A DNA stretch of 64,000 nucleotides from Candidatus Omnitrophota bacterium (GCA_043821445.1 JBDRCT010000040.1:26745-90744); one strand, 5' to 3'. Shown: positions 20,405-29,857, counted from the first letter of the stretch. A program made the numbers and translations. Notes: generated by a model from the sequence alone, not told the origin.

Positions 20405-20442
20405 GTGCCCTGCAAAGACCCGGTCTTTGCACCATGGAGGAT
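20405..20442. repeat. right copy of the ~38-bp direct repeat (same palindrome)
   Basis: gtgCCCTGCAAAGACCCGGTCTTTGCACCAtggaggat. Together with 18308 it brackets the AbiE cassette. Confidence 0.85.
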
Positions 20443-20467
20443 GGTGCTTTGCAGCGGTAAATTCTGC

Positions 20468-20534
20468 TTGACAGTGCTTTTTTGTAATGTAATACTTATT
20501 ATAGACAATGTAATACATTTAAAAGGAGCCCGTT
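20468..20534 (+). promoter_or_regulatory. putative promoter/operator of the vapB-like gene
   Basis: TTGACA at 20468. Direct repeat ATGTAATAC x2 (about 20488 and 20508). GGAG SD. Confidence 0.4.
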
Positions 20535-20762
20535 ATGAAACGAAAAGGATTGACTTCCGTTCAGCTAAGGCCAAAGATCGCAAAAATGGTTGCGCTCTTG
20601 ATGAACCGGGAGGGCATGACAAAAACCGAGATCATTAATGAGGCGCTTCGCCGATTTCTTCTTGAACGGGAATTTCAAGGGGTCCGGGAAAAGCTCATTC
20701 CGTATGCCCAAGCCAAGGGCATTTATACCGAAGACGATGTTGACCGGGTCCTTGGTCCATGA
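20535..20762 (+). CDS. small antitoxin-like DNA-binding protein (VapB/RHH-like)
   Basis: 75 aa. MTKTEIINEALRRFL is a ribbon-helix-helix-like segment. ATGA overlap with a PIN-domain gene downstream. Confidence 0.6.
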   Translation: MKRKGLTSVQLRPKIAKMVALLMNREGMTKTEIINEALRRFLLEREFQGVREKLIPYAQAKGIYTEDDVDRVLGP

Positions 20763-21157
20763 GGGTGGTTTTTGACACCAATATCCTTCTCTCGGCTTTT
20801 TTGACCAAGGATGGAGTTGCCCAGCAGCTTTTTGCAAGAGTTATTGCGGGGCACGAGATCCTTGCTTCCGAGTATATCCTTAAGGAGGCTGTTGAAAAAT
20901 TATCCGGCAAACTGAAGGTCCCAGAACGGGAAACAGGCTCCTTTATGCGTTATGTCCGGACCCGTATGACCGTGATCGACCTCTCGGGGAAAACGAGGCG
21001 GGTTGATTTTGAGGACCTTAAAGACGTTCCGATACTTCATCTGCTTGAATTCGCCGGGGTCCATTATTTCGTTACAGGCGATAAAAAACTCCTTGCTCTT
21101 AAAAAGCACCGGCAGACCCTCATCTTAAGTCTCCGAGAAGCCCTCGAGCTTTTATGA
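20759..21157 (+). CDS. vapC: PIN-domain ribonuclease toxin
   Basis: MRVVFDTNILLSAF is the conserved PIN N-terminus. Acidic residues (D, E, D) distributed as in VapC. 132 aa. Confidence 0.8.
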   Translation: MRVVFDTNILLSAFLTKDGVAQQLFARVIAGHEILASEYILKEAVEKLSGKLKVPERETGSFMRYVRTRMTVIDLSGKTRRVDFEDLKDVPILHLLEFAGVHYFVTGDKKLLALKKHRQTLILSLREALELL

Positions 21158-22053
21158 GTACTTCGTCCTTTAAAGCCCGCATTGTGATCCTGAACTATAA
21201 CGGGGAAGAGATGCTGGCGAAGTGTCTGCCAAGCATTGCTGAAGCGGTGCGCTGTGCTAAGACACCGACTGCTGTCACGATCTTAGACAATCTGAGCATA
21301 GATCAAAGTGAGTCCTATGTCCGGAAGAATTATCCCGAGATGGAGTTTGTGAAGGCGCCGGAAAACCTAGTGCTTTGCTCCTACAATGATTACCTCAAGA
21401 CGGTCTCTGAGCCGATCGCGATCCTGCTCAATAACGATATCCAGGTCGACAAGAACTTCATTGATCCGATGGTTGAAAAATTTTCAGGCGATCCGAGGAC
21501 TTTCCTGGTCGCTCCGCGCTGCCATAGCTTTGACAAAGCGAATGTGGAAGCGGTGGATGCTAGAATGAAAATCCGGTTCGGGATGCCATGGATTAGCGCA
21601 CGTTATCCGGGATACGAGGCTCATACGATGATCCCATCTAAGACCGTTTCATCCGGATTCGGCGCTTTTTCGAAAGAAAAATTCTTGGAACTCGGAGGCT
21701 ATGACCGGAGGTACTTACCCGGGATCATGGAGGATGTGGATCTGTGCCTTAAAGCCCAACGCTCGGGATATCATCTTTATTACGAGCCGCGCAGTTTGGT
21801 CTATCATATGGGACAGGTAAGTTTTAAAAAAGCTTACACGAGTCTTCGGCGTGAAACGATCGCTTGCCGTAATACATTCCTTTTCGCATGGAAGAATTTC
21901 CGAGGTTTCGGATTTTGGTTTCGGCACATTCTTTTCTTACCGCTTTGGATGGTTTTTTCTCTTTTGAGGCTCCGCCCGGAATTTCCGCTCGGACTTTTCG
22001 AAGCATTGCGCCATGGTTCCGGTCACCGCGACATCCTTCGAGGCATTCATTGA
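21154..22053 (+). CDS. GT2 glycosyltransferase
   Basis: RIVILNYNGEE ... ILDNLS ... DxD-type motifs. Start ATG overlaps the vapC stop (ATGA). Confidence 0.75.
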   Translation: MSTSSFKARIVILNYNGEEMLAKCLPSIAEAVRCAKTPTAVTILDNLSIDQSESYVRKNYPEMEFVKAPENLVLCSYNDYLKTVSEPIAILLNNDIQVDKNFIDPMVEKFSGDPRTFLVAPRCHSFDKANVEAVDARMKIRFGMPWISARYPGYEAHTMIPSKTVSSGFGAFSKEKFLELGGYDRRYLPGIMEDVDLCLKAQRSGYHLYYEPRSLVYHMGQVSFKKAYTSLRRETIACRNTFLFAWKNFRGFGFWFRHILFLPLWMVFSLLRLRPEFPLGLFEALRHGSGHRDILRGIH

Positions 22054-22102
22054 AATAACGGCCCGTGTTTTGATAGACTAGCGCGTCGTTACATCATCAT
22101 CG

Positions 22103-22972
22103 TTGGGCAACAATGGAGTTTTTTCAGGTATGACGTTGAATTCCACAGAAGCCAATGTCCCGGCATCCAAGAAATTCTGGAAACGCCAGGAGGCGGGCTT
22201 TGTCTATGACCGCCAATTCCAGAATAAGGTCGGCTGGTATATTGATTGCTCGGAGACGTTCCCGCTGTTGGAACTGGTACAATCTCTGAAGAACATCAAG
22301 GTCCTGGACGTCGGGTGCGGGACCGGGCGGTTCCTGGTGAGATTCCCCGAGCCGAATACGCTGTTCGGCGTAGATCTTTCCGAGAGCATGCTCCAGACCA
22401 CGAAAACGAAATTGACTCGGGCGTCCCTTTTGGCGGCCTCTGCTACCGAGCTTCCTTTTCCTGATCGCTCTTTTGACCTCGTTTATTCCGTTCGTGTAAT
22501 CCAACATATTCGCAATCAACAAAAAATGATCACGGAACTTTCGCGGGTTTGCAAACCGGGTGGGCGTGTGATCCTCGTGGCCTATAATACCTGGTCGCTC
22601 TTGAATCTCTACAAGCAGATCCGCATGAGCTGGGTGGGACGGATTTTGAACATACCGTTCGGTTTTATCCTTAAAGAAAAGTCTTTTTGGGGAAAATGGG
22701 GATTTGAGTATGACAATTACTGCTCCATCACTGAGATCGAACGAATGATGAAAAGGTCCGAGCTTCAACCTTACTACTCCTGCGGCCTTTCATCGGGGAT
22801 GCCTTGGTTCCTCCAGAGTTTCTTCATCGGGAAGATCTTGCATACGATTGCGCCGTGGCTTCTAAGCGGGCTTTTAAATCTCGCCCTTTTTCTGGATCGG
22901 ACGTTGGCGCGAATGGGCCCGTTCAAATACTTCATGGACCTGGTCCTGGTCGTCGGGGAAAAGCCGCGATGA
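22103..22972 (+). CDS. class I SAM-dependent methyltransferase
   Basis: VLDVGCGTGRFL motif I; DLVYSVRVIQH motif II/III region. Confidence 0.75.
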   Translation: MGNNGVFSGMTLNSTEANVPASKKFWKRQEAGFVYDRQFQNKVGWYIDCSETFPLLELVQSLKNIKVLDVGCGTGRFLVRFPEPNTLFGVDLSESMLQTTKTKLTRASLLAASATELPFPDRSFDLVYSVRVIQHIRNQQKMITELSRVCKPGGRVILVAYNTWSLLNLYKQIRMSWVGRILNIPFGFILKEKSFWGKWGFEYDNYCSITEIERMMKRSELQPYYSCGLSSGMPWFLQSFFIGKILHTIAPWLLSGLLNLALFLDRTLARMGPFKYFMDLVLVVGEKPR

Positions 22973-24471
22973 AGCTTCAGGTGCTTTTGAATGCTGCCGT
23001 TCCTGCTTGGCTTCAGATCCTGGATCAGGAAAAGATATCTTACGCGATTTGGGAAGAAGACAGTGTCTTGCCCGTCGGTGAAAACCGATATCCGGTGCTT
23101 ATTCTCACAAAAAAAGAGCCCCGCCGTAAGTCCATGATCCAGGCTCACCTCAAACAGGGCGGGGCCGTCATCGTGGACCTAGACACGCGTTCAGAGGTTC
23201 GGGAACAGGATTTCCCAGGGCGTATTTTTTCTTTGGATATCAGCATTGCGGATATCTGTGAAAGTTGGGCCAGCCGGCGAAAGGATTTTTTCTTTAATGG
23301 TTTTACGGTTTCCGAGACCGTTGCGGCCCAAAAAAAATCCCGATCCAGGGAGGTAGTGAGATGCGCCGTTCAAAAAGCATTCTGGTGTCAGGGACTGCCT
23401 TATGTTCATCTTTGGTATTATCCTCGGGGATATCGAAGCGTTTTTTCGTTCCGCTTTGACATGGATGAATATGATCCTGACGGTCATTCTGCTTTTTGCC
23501 GGCTGCTTGAAAAATATCGAGGGTCGGTAAGTTGTTTTGCCTGTCTCAAGACTTTCGAGTCTCTTGAAGACGAGCTTGGAAAGGTGGTCCGTTCCGGTGT
23601 TGAGGTGGGGTATCATGGGTATATCCATCATATTTATCAAGACTACGCTCAGAATAAACTCGACTTTGAACAGGCGGAGCGGTTATTGCAAAAACATCCT
23701 CGTTCCGTAAAAAGCTTCGCGGGCCCGCACGGCGTCTGGCATCCGACGCTCCAGCGCATTCTCGAAGAACGGAATTATATCTATAGTTCCGAGTTCGGTC
23801 TCGATTATGATAATTTTCCATTTTTTCCGATCGTTCATGGAAAGACATCGAGCGTCACTCAAATCCCTACACATCCCGTTTGTGAAGGAGCGTTTTTTGA
23901 ACGGTATCCTTATCAGGAGTCCATGCTTCGGGATTATTTTAATGCTGTTATTGACCATAAAATCCGGAAGGAAGAGCCAGCCTTGCTTTTTGGGCATCCC
24001 GACCATCGGATTGGAAGGCATCCGGAAATTTTCACGAACATTATGGAAAAAATCGACGAATATCAAGGCGTGTGGAAAACCGAGTTCCGACAGTGGGCAG
24101 GATGGTGGAAGAAAAGGCATGATATTTCCTTCCTTCCTCAGTACGGTAACGGCACGGTCAGGATAGAGGGCTTGGAGAGAGTCGAAGATTGCACGGCTGA
24201 AATCCTTTTTCAGGACGGGCGGCGGGAATTCAGCACCGACTGGTTCCTGCCGATATTTGACAAAGCAAAGAGCGATTGCGTTTCTCCTGTCGTCGAAACG
24301 TTAACCCAGCAAAGTTATTTTAAAAAAATAAAATTCGGACTTAAAAATTGGCTTGATTGGGAAACGAAAACTCCGCCAGAGCTTCTGAGAATTACAGGAG
24401 TCCGAACGCTGGTGAAGAGAGTGTTTCGGGCTTTAGCGGGCTGTTTTATGCAAAAGGCGAAAAAAATATGA
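22969..24471 (+). CDS. hypothetical protein, possibly polysaccharide-deacetylase (NodB/CE4)-like
   Basis: ATG 22969 overlaps the upstream stop (ATGA). FRFDMDEY and GYHGYIHH loosely resemble NodB motifs 1 and 2. 500 aa. The assignment is weak. Confidence 0.3.
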   Translation: MKLQVLLNAAVPAWLQILDQEKISYAIWEEDSVLPVGENRYPVLILTKKEPRRKSMIQAHLKQGGAVIVDLDTRSEVREQDFPGRIFSLDISIADICESWASRRKDFFFNGFTVSETVAAQKKSRSREVVRCAVQKAFWCQGLPYVHLWYYPRGYRSVFSFRFDMDEYDPDGHSAFCRLLEKYRGSVSCFACLKTFESLEDELGKVVRSGVEVGYHGYIHHIYQDYAQNKLDFEQAERLLQKHPRSVKSFAGPHGVWHPTLQRILEERNYIYSSEFGLDYDNFPFFPIVHGKTSSVTQIPTHPVCEGAFFERYPYQESMLRDYFNAVIDHKIRKEEPALLFGHPDHRIGRHPEIFTNIMEKIDEYQGVWKTEFRQWAGWWKKRHDISFLPQYGNGTVRIEGLERVEDCTAEILFQDGRREFSTDWFLPIFDKAKSDCVSPVVETLTQQSYFKKIKFGLKNWLDWETKTPPELLRITGVRTLVKRVFRALAGCFMQKAKKI

Positions 24472-25208
24472 GCCTGAGTGCGGTATTGATCACGCTTAAC
24501 GAAGAAAGGAAGCTTCCGGAATGCTTGCGTCGGCTAGCTTTTGCTGACGAGATTGTTGTTGTGGATTCTTGCAGTGAAGACCAGACCGTTCAAATTGCTG
24601 AAAAAGCCGGCGCTAAAGTCTTCCAGCGTACATTCGATTCTTTTTCCGGGCAGAAGAATTATGGGATCCAGATGGCCGGAGGAGACTGGATCCTGCTCAT
24701 TGATGCTGACGAGCTTGTCACCCCGGAGTTGCGCGATGAAATACTAAGCGCTATTCGATCTCAGGAATATCGTAGCGCATTTACGCTTCGGCGGGTTAAT
24801 CAGATTTTTGGTGCGGTGTTGCGTCACGGTGCGAGTGGTGAAGACCATCCTATTCGGCTGGTCCGTAAAGGGGCAGGGGTTTTTGAAGGATTGGTTCATG
24901 AAAAACTGCGCATCGAGGGGGAGATTGGGGACCTTCGCGGGGAGTTAACGCACATTACCTATCAAACGTTGGAAGAATATTTTTTAAAATTTAACCAGTT
25001 CTCTTCCTTGGATGCCCGAGAATTCCTGCGCCAAGAAAGAAAGCCGCCTTCTTGGCTTCAGATTTTGGTGAAGCCTGCCGCTGAGTTCTTTTTTTATTAT
25101 ATCGTGAAAGCAGGCTTTCTGGACGGTTGGCCAGGTTTCCAGTATCAGGTTCTCTCCTCGTTCTATGTTTTTATAAAGCATGCTAAAGCGAAGAATCTAA
25201 AAAAATGA
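24468..25208 (+). CDS. GT2 glycosyltransferase, WaaE/KdtX-like (LPS core-type)
   Basis: MSLSAVLITLNEERKL ... VVVDSCSEDQT ... LLIDADE. Paralog at 59297. ATGA overlap upstream. Confidence 0.75.
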   Translation: MSLSAVLITLNEERKLPECLRRLAFADEIVVVDSCSEDQTVQIAEKAGAKVFQRTFDSFSGQKNYGIQMAGGDWILLIDADELVTPELRDEILSAIRSQEYRSAFTLRRVNQIFGAVLRHGASGEDHPIRLVRKGAGVFEGLVHEKLRIEGEIGDLRGELTHITYQTLEEYFLKFNQFSSLDAREFLRQERKPPSWLQILVKPAAEFFFYYIVKAGFLDGWPGFQYQVLSSFYVFIKHAKAKNLKK

Positions 25209-26659
25209 ATCCTTTATTTTTAAAACTAAAAAACATCGCTGCTTTTGAGTGGGCCATTTTTTTTCTGATGGCTTTGTGGACCGCGCTGACGTTTTCCATC
25301 GCCCTAACCGAGATCACATTCGTTTGCGCTTTGATCTGCTGGGTCGGATGGCATATTCAGCAAAAAAAAGGCATCTGCCAAAATGCGCCGGCAGGAGGGA
25401 AAATCGACTGGGCATTCTGGATGCCGCTCGCACTCTTTTTTGTGTGCGTCCTGAGCTCATTTTTCACCTCGGAATATCCAAAACAAAGCCTCCGGGGCCT
25501 ATACAAGATCGCAAAGCCGCTTCTAGCCTTCATCATGGCGATCGATCTCTTCAGGGACACAAGATCCCAGAAACGCTTCGACGGTATTTTTTTAGCAACC
25601 TTTCTTTTGGTGACGATCGATTGTTCGATCCAATACGCCTTCGGGAAGGATATCCTCCGGGGTTTCGCGGCCGAGCAATCCGCGGCAGGGATACGGCTCA
25701 TAGGCCCTTTCGGCAATTTCGCAAAAATGGCCACCTACCTCGTATTGGTGATCCCTGTTTTTGGGATGCGTTTCTGGAGTGATTACACGCGATCGGAACA
25801 GCGCAAAAGATCTTTTTATAGTCTGGCTCTTGCGATAGCCGGCCTTGTGCTTCTCTATCTGACCCGTTGCCGCGGCCCTGTGGTGGCGCTTGCTTTTAGT
25901 TTTGGAATACTCTTCATTTACAAGCGCTGGTTCAAGGTGGTGGGGATCGCTTTGTTGCTCGGCCTTGCTCTGTTGGCGGTCGTGCCGCGAGGAGTGATCA
26001 TTCATGCGAATAAAGATTCTAGAGAGCAGTCTTTCGTCGAACGGCTTTGTCTTTGGCAGCGAGCTTTCGACGTGATCAAAGCCAAACCGTTAACGGGCAC
26101 GGGAATTAATACCTATGACAAGGCGCATGCAAAATACGACACGCAACAGCGCAAAAACCTTGCGTCGTTACGGGGGCCAACAACCAGTGTCCGGCAAGAG
26201 CAGAATGGCTCTGTTAGTTTCATAACAGGGGAAACGATTTACACATCAGACGTAAAACAAACCAATATTCGGCTTGGCGATAAAAAGTACAACCTTTTTA
26301 GAGACGCAAAGGGCGAATATTATATCTATGATACTTTACTTGTTCGCGGTTATTACGCCCATAACGGCTATCTTCAACTCGCGGCGGAGATCGGGCTTCC
26401 CGGGATTTTCTGTTTTCTTTGGTTCCTTTTCATGTTCTTCCGGAAAGTCCTGGGAGGCCTGGGGGCTATTCGAGGCTCTCCCGAGGAATATACGCGTTTG
26501 GGAATTCTGACGGGCCTCCTGGCCTTTTTGATCTATGCCATTGGTGATAACAATCTTCAAAGTCCGCCTTCCCTGATGTTTTTCTGGTTCTCGGCGGGCA
26601 TTTTGATGGCAAGGCAAAGCGCCGCTCCGTCGGAAATCATTTCATCAAAAAAACCATAA
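25205..26659 (+). CDS. O-antigen ligase / polymerase family membrane protein (Wzy_C domain)
   Basis: About 10 TM helices. AHNGYLQLAAEIGLPG Wzy_C/WaaL signature. ATGA overlap upstream. Confidence 0.7.
   Translation: MNPLFLKLKNIAAFEWAIFFLMALWTALTFSIALTEITFVCALICWVGWHIQQKKGICQNAPAGGKIDWAFWMPLALFFVCVLSSFFTSEYPKQSLRGLYKIAKPLLAFIMAIDLFRDTRSQKRFDGIFLATFLLVTIDCSIQYAFGKDILRGFAAEQSAAGIRLIGPFGNFAKMATYLVLVIPVFGMRFWSDYTRSEQRKRSFYSLALAIAGLVLLYLTRCRGPVVALAFSFGILFIYKRWFKVVGIALLLGLALLAVVPRGVIIHANKDSREQSFVERLCLWQRAFDVIKAKPLTGTGINTYDKAHAKYDTQQRKNLASLRGPTTSVRQEQNGSVSFITGETIYTSDVKQTNIRLGDKKYNLFRDAKGEYYIYDTLLVRGYYAHNGYLQLAAEIGLPGIFCFLWFLFMFFRKVLGGLGAIRGSPEEYTRLGILTGLLAFLIYAIGDNNLQSPPSLMFFWFSAGILMARQSAAPSEIISSKKP
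26530..26628. repeat. left copy of a ~95-bp diverged direct repeat (native 3' end of the Wzy-like gene)
   Basis: gatctatgccattggtgataacaatcttcaaagtccgccttccctgatgtttttctggttctcggcgggcattttgatggcaaggcaaagc. Confidence 0.85.
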
Positions 26660-26704
26660 GTGGCACAGTCTTAGGAATTCAAGGTCGACTCTGTTGCGTT
26701 GGGC

Positions 26705-26768
26705 TTGACAATCTATAACTCATAATTTAACATATAAGTATACAAAACAGTATACTTATAGGTGGAAT
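26705..26768 (+). promoter_or_regulatory. putative promoter/operator of AbiEi-2
   Basis: TTGACA at 26705. After a 17-nt spacer, TAACAT as a -10 candidate. Perfect inverted repeat AAGTATAC-aaaaca-GTATACTT at 26735..26757. AGGTGG SD. Confidence 0.45.
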
Positions 26769-27326
26769 ATGAACCATTCAGAGCGTTTTAAAATACTCAT
26801 GGAATCCGGCCGGACGGTGTTTACGCCTCTGGACATGCGCATGTTATGGCGGGTAAATACGCTGAACGCCAAGATCAGTATCGTGCGTATGGTAGAAAAA
26901 GGTCTTGTGGTCCGGTTGGCCACAGGCTTTTACGCCCTGAATGACCGTTACAACCGGTACGAGTTTGCCAATAGGATCCTGTCGCCCTCCTATGTGTCCT
27001 TCCAGTCCGCGCTTTTTCATGCGGGAATCAATTTTCAGGCCCGTGACGAGATCGGATCGGTGGCCCTGCGGGATCATCGGAAGAAGGTCGGGAATACGCT
27101 CTATACCCATGCGGCCATGAAACAAGATCTTTTTTTTAATATCAAAGGGGTCGTGACGCGTGAGGGGGTAGCGATGGCATTGCCCGAGCGCGCGATCCTG
27201 GACAGCTTCTACTTCGGGTATCTTCCGGACATTGATGACGCTTCAAAGCTGAATAAGACATTTCTTGAGGAACTCAGCGCTCTTTACCCGAAAACGGTCC
27301 AAAAAAAGGTGAAGGGGCTTCTATGA
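26769..27326 (+). CDS. AbiEi-family antitoxin / regulator (second copy)
   Basis: 185 aa. Precedes and overlaps (ATGA) an AbiEii-like gene. Own TTGACA promoter with a palindromic operator. Confidence 0.6.
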   Translation: MNHSERFKILMESGRTVFTPLDMRMLWRVNTLNAKISIVRMVEKGLVVRLATGFYALNDRYNRYEFANRILSPSYVSFQSALFHAGINFQARDEIGSVALRDHRKKVGNTLYTHAAMKQDLFFNIKGVVTREGVAMALPERAILDSFYFGYLPDIDDASKLNKTFLEELSALYPKTVQKKVKGLL

Positions 27327-28018
27327 GCCGCCTTTTTGATCCGGATGTTCACAAGCGGTATCTGTCGCTTTTGCTGACGGAACTGGCCAAAGCTTTCCCC
27401 GAGAAGATCGCCTTTAAAGGCGGGACCTGCGCTTATTTTTTTTATAACCTTCCGAGGTTTTCGTTCGATCTTGATTTTGACATGCTCCGGGAGTTCAGCG
27501 CCGGGGACGCGGACAGGTTCCGTGAAGTCCTTTCGCGGCATGGGCAAGCGAAGGAATTTCGGGACAAGCAGAACACGCTTTTCTGCCTTTTTGATTACGG
27601 AAAGGGACATCCCAACATCAAGATCGAACTGGGCCGGCGCGTATGGAAAAATAACGTTTATAAACCGGTCTGGTTTTTAGGAGTGCCTCTTGTCATCGCC
27701 GATGAACGAACGGTGCTGACCAATAAACTTGTTGCCCTGACCGACCGGAAGACCGCGGTTGCGAGGGATCTTTATGACAGTTGGTATTTTTTGAAGGCGG
27801 GATTTCCCGTGAGCGAGGCTCTTGTCATGGAGCGTACGGGAAAGGATCTTGGAGCGTACCTTAAAGGGGCGATGGGCTTTATCAGAAGGACCTATACCCC
27901 GCGCAATGTCCTGCACGGGCTGGGTGACGTGCTGGATGAGAAGCAAAAGTCGTGGGCCAAAGACCATCTTGTTCTTGAAACGATCCTGGAGATGAAGAAA
28001 CGGATCACACCGCTATGA
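27323..28018 (+). CDS. AbiEii-family nucleotidyltransferase toxin (second copy)
   Basis: IAFKGGTCAYFF ... RFSFDLDFD NTase motif. Confidence 0.8.
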   Translation: MSRLFDPDVHKRYLSLLLTELAKAFPEKIAFKGGTCAYFFYNLPRFSFDLDFDMLREFSAGDADRFREVLSRHGQAKEFRDKQNTLFCLFDYGKGHPNIKIELGRRVWKNNVYKPVWFLGVPLVIADERTVLTNKLVALTDRKTAVARDLYDSWYFLKAGFPVSEALVMERTGKDLGAYLKGAMGFIRRTYTPRNVLHGLGDVLDEKQKSWAKDHLVLETILEMKKRITPL

Positions 28019-28034
28019 AAAATTATGACTTTCT

Positions 28035-28124
28035 GATCGATGCCTTCGGCGATAACAATCTCCAAAGTCCGCCCTCCCTGATGTTTTTCTGGTTCTCGGC
28101 GGGCATTTTGATGGCAAGGCAGAA
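28035..28124. repeat. right copy of the ~95-bp direct repeat, downstream of AbiE pair 2
   Basis: gatcgatgccttcggcgataacaatctccaaagtccgccctccctgatgtttttctggttctcggcgggcattttgatggcaaggcagaac. About 8 mismatches against the left copy. Confidence 0.85.
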
Positions 28125-28141
28125 CAATCAAAAGGCGCTCC

Positions 28142-29002
28142 ATGCTTGAGTTGACGGTCCCAATGATCTTCGCGATCGCGGTAATCGCTTTTTTTTGTGA
28201 ATATATGGATTCCACGCTCGGGATGGGCTACGGAACGACGATGACGCCTGTCCTCATGCTTTTTGGCTTCGCGCCTCTCGAGATTGTTCCGGCAGTCCTG
28301 CTTTCCGAGCTTGTTACGGGAGTGCTTGCCGGTGCGATGCACCACCGCGAAGGGAATGTGAATTTCCACTTCAAAGTCCTGAATTTTCAAAGGATCAAGA
28401 ACAGTCTCAAGCTTCCCGAGCCGGTCAACCCCGATCATCACACCTACGGGATCCAGGTCTCGACCCATCTTAAAGTGGTCCTTCTGCTTTTATCCGCAAC
28501 GATCCTCGGAGCAACCAGCGCTGTCTTTACGGCCAAGGTCCTTCCCAAGCCATGGACCTCCCTTTATATCAGCGGGATGGTCATCGCCATGGGCGTTCTG
28601 ATCCTGACCTGTTTTAACCGGCAATTCAAATATTCCTGGAAGAGAATCATCGGTCTCGGATTGCTCGCGTCTTTCAACAAAGGGCTTACCGGCGGGGGAT
28701 ACGGGCCGCTCGTGGTCAGCGGACAAATGCTTTCGGGCGTCGAAGGTAAAAATGCCATCGGGATCACATCCTTGGCCGAGGGCATTACTTGCGCCCTAGG
28801 TGTTTTGATCTATTTTTTTACCGCTCATAATCGGATCGACTGGCGGCTTGCCCCCATCCTTATTGCCGGAGCAGTTTGTTCGGTCCCGCTCTCGGTGAAA
28901 AGCGTCAAGATCATGAACCCGAAACTTTTAAAAGCGCTTATTGCCATTCTAACGATCATTTTGGGAGTCCTCACGCTCCTTAAAACATTGAAAAATTTTT
29001 GA
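28142..29002 (+). CDS. TauE/SafE (DUF81) family anion exporter
   Basis: Two homologous 4-TM halves. GMGYGTTMTPVLM and LTGGGYGPLVV motifs. Confidence 0.75.
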   Translation: MLELTVPMIFAIAVIAFFCEYMDSTLGMGYGTTMTPVLMLFGFAPLEIVPAVLLSELVTGVLAGAMHHREGNVNFHFKVLNFQRIKNSLKLPEPVNPDHHTYGIQVSTHLKVVLLLLSATILGATSAVFTAKVLPKPWTSLYISGMVIAMGVLILTCFNRQFKYSWKRIIGLGLLASFNKGLTGGGYGPLVVSGQMLSGVEGKNAIGITSLAEGITCALGVLIYFFTAHNRIDWRLAPILIAGAVCSVPLSVKSVKIMNPKLLKALIAILTIILGVLTLLKTLKNF

Positions 29003-29047
29003 CTCGTGATGATGACTGCGTAAAAGATTATAGGGAAGGAAAAAAGC

Positions 29048-29857
29048 ATGTTCACGTTGCTTAAAAGAATCATCCAACATTTTTTTTTACTGACACAGCT
29101 CGTCCGGGTCGACTTGACCGGGAAATACAAGACGTCGGTTCTGGGGATGTTGTGGATTTTTCTGAACCCGCTTATTCTTTTTTTTCTCTACATGTTTATT
29201 TTCTCAATCGTTCTAAAAGTCCGCTTTCCGGAACAACAAAGTGTCTTTTTTTACGGGCTCAACCTTTTTTGCGGTTTGATCGCCTGGAACGCATTCGCCG
29301 AAAGCATCCAGCGGTCATCTTCTGTGATTATGAATCACGCTCACCTTATAAAGCGCTCTCTTTTTCCGACCGAGATCCTGGGGATATCAATCTCGCTTTC
29401 AACGATCATCCGCCTCATTATTGAAATGGCGCTTTTTATCGTGTTGCTCACGGCTATTGGGTGGCAGATCACGCCGGCTTTCTTATGGCTGCCTTTTCTC
29501 GTCATTCTTCAATTGCTTTTTACCACAGCTCTTGCCTGGCTTGTGTCCGCGATGACCGTTCTTGTGAGGGATCTCGCGCATCTTGTGGGACCGCTGCTTA
29601 CAGTGTGGTTCTTCATGACGCCTGTCGTGTATCCGGAGACCATGGCAAAGTCGCTTGGGGGATGGCAATGGCTGGCATTTCTTATTCACATCAATCCCAT
29701 GGCAAAGCTTATCAGTACCTATCGCGGTATTTTGCTCTTTGGTTATTTTGATTTTACCCCGAACGTAATCTTATTAACGGTTTTTGTGCTGGTTTTCTTC
29801 CTGTTGAGCGCCGCAGTTTTCCAGAAACTTCAGCCGGAGATTATCGAAAACTTATGA
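29048..29857 (+). CDS. wzm: ABC-2 type polysaccharide export permease
   Basis: 269 aa with 6 TM helices. ABC-2 signature region. Followed by an overlapping ATPase gene. Confidence 0.8.
   Translation: MFTLLKRIIQHFFLLTQLVRVDLTGKYKTSVLGMLWIFLNPLILFFLYMFIFSIVLKVRFPEQQSVFFYGLNLFCGLIAWNAFAESIQRSSSVIMNHAHLIKRSLFPTEILGISISLSTIIRLIIEMALFIVLLTAIGWQITPAFLWLPFLVILQLLFTTALAWLVSAMTVLVRDLAHLVGPLLTVWFFMTPVVYPETMAKSLGGWQWLAFLIHINPMAKLISTYRGILLFGYFDFTPNVILLTVFVLVFFLLSAAVFQKLQPEIIENL

Noticed and set aside
26336-26617. Near-identical minus-strand ORFs 26336..26617 and 27892..28215 (MPCHQNARREPEKHQG...)
   Set aside because: They are simply the reverse-frame translation of the two copies of the ~95-bp direct repeat and are not genes. 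They were useful only as a pointer to the duplication.
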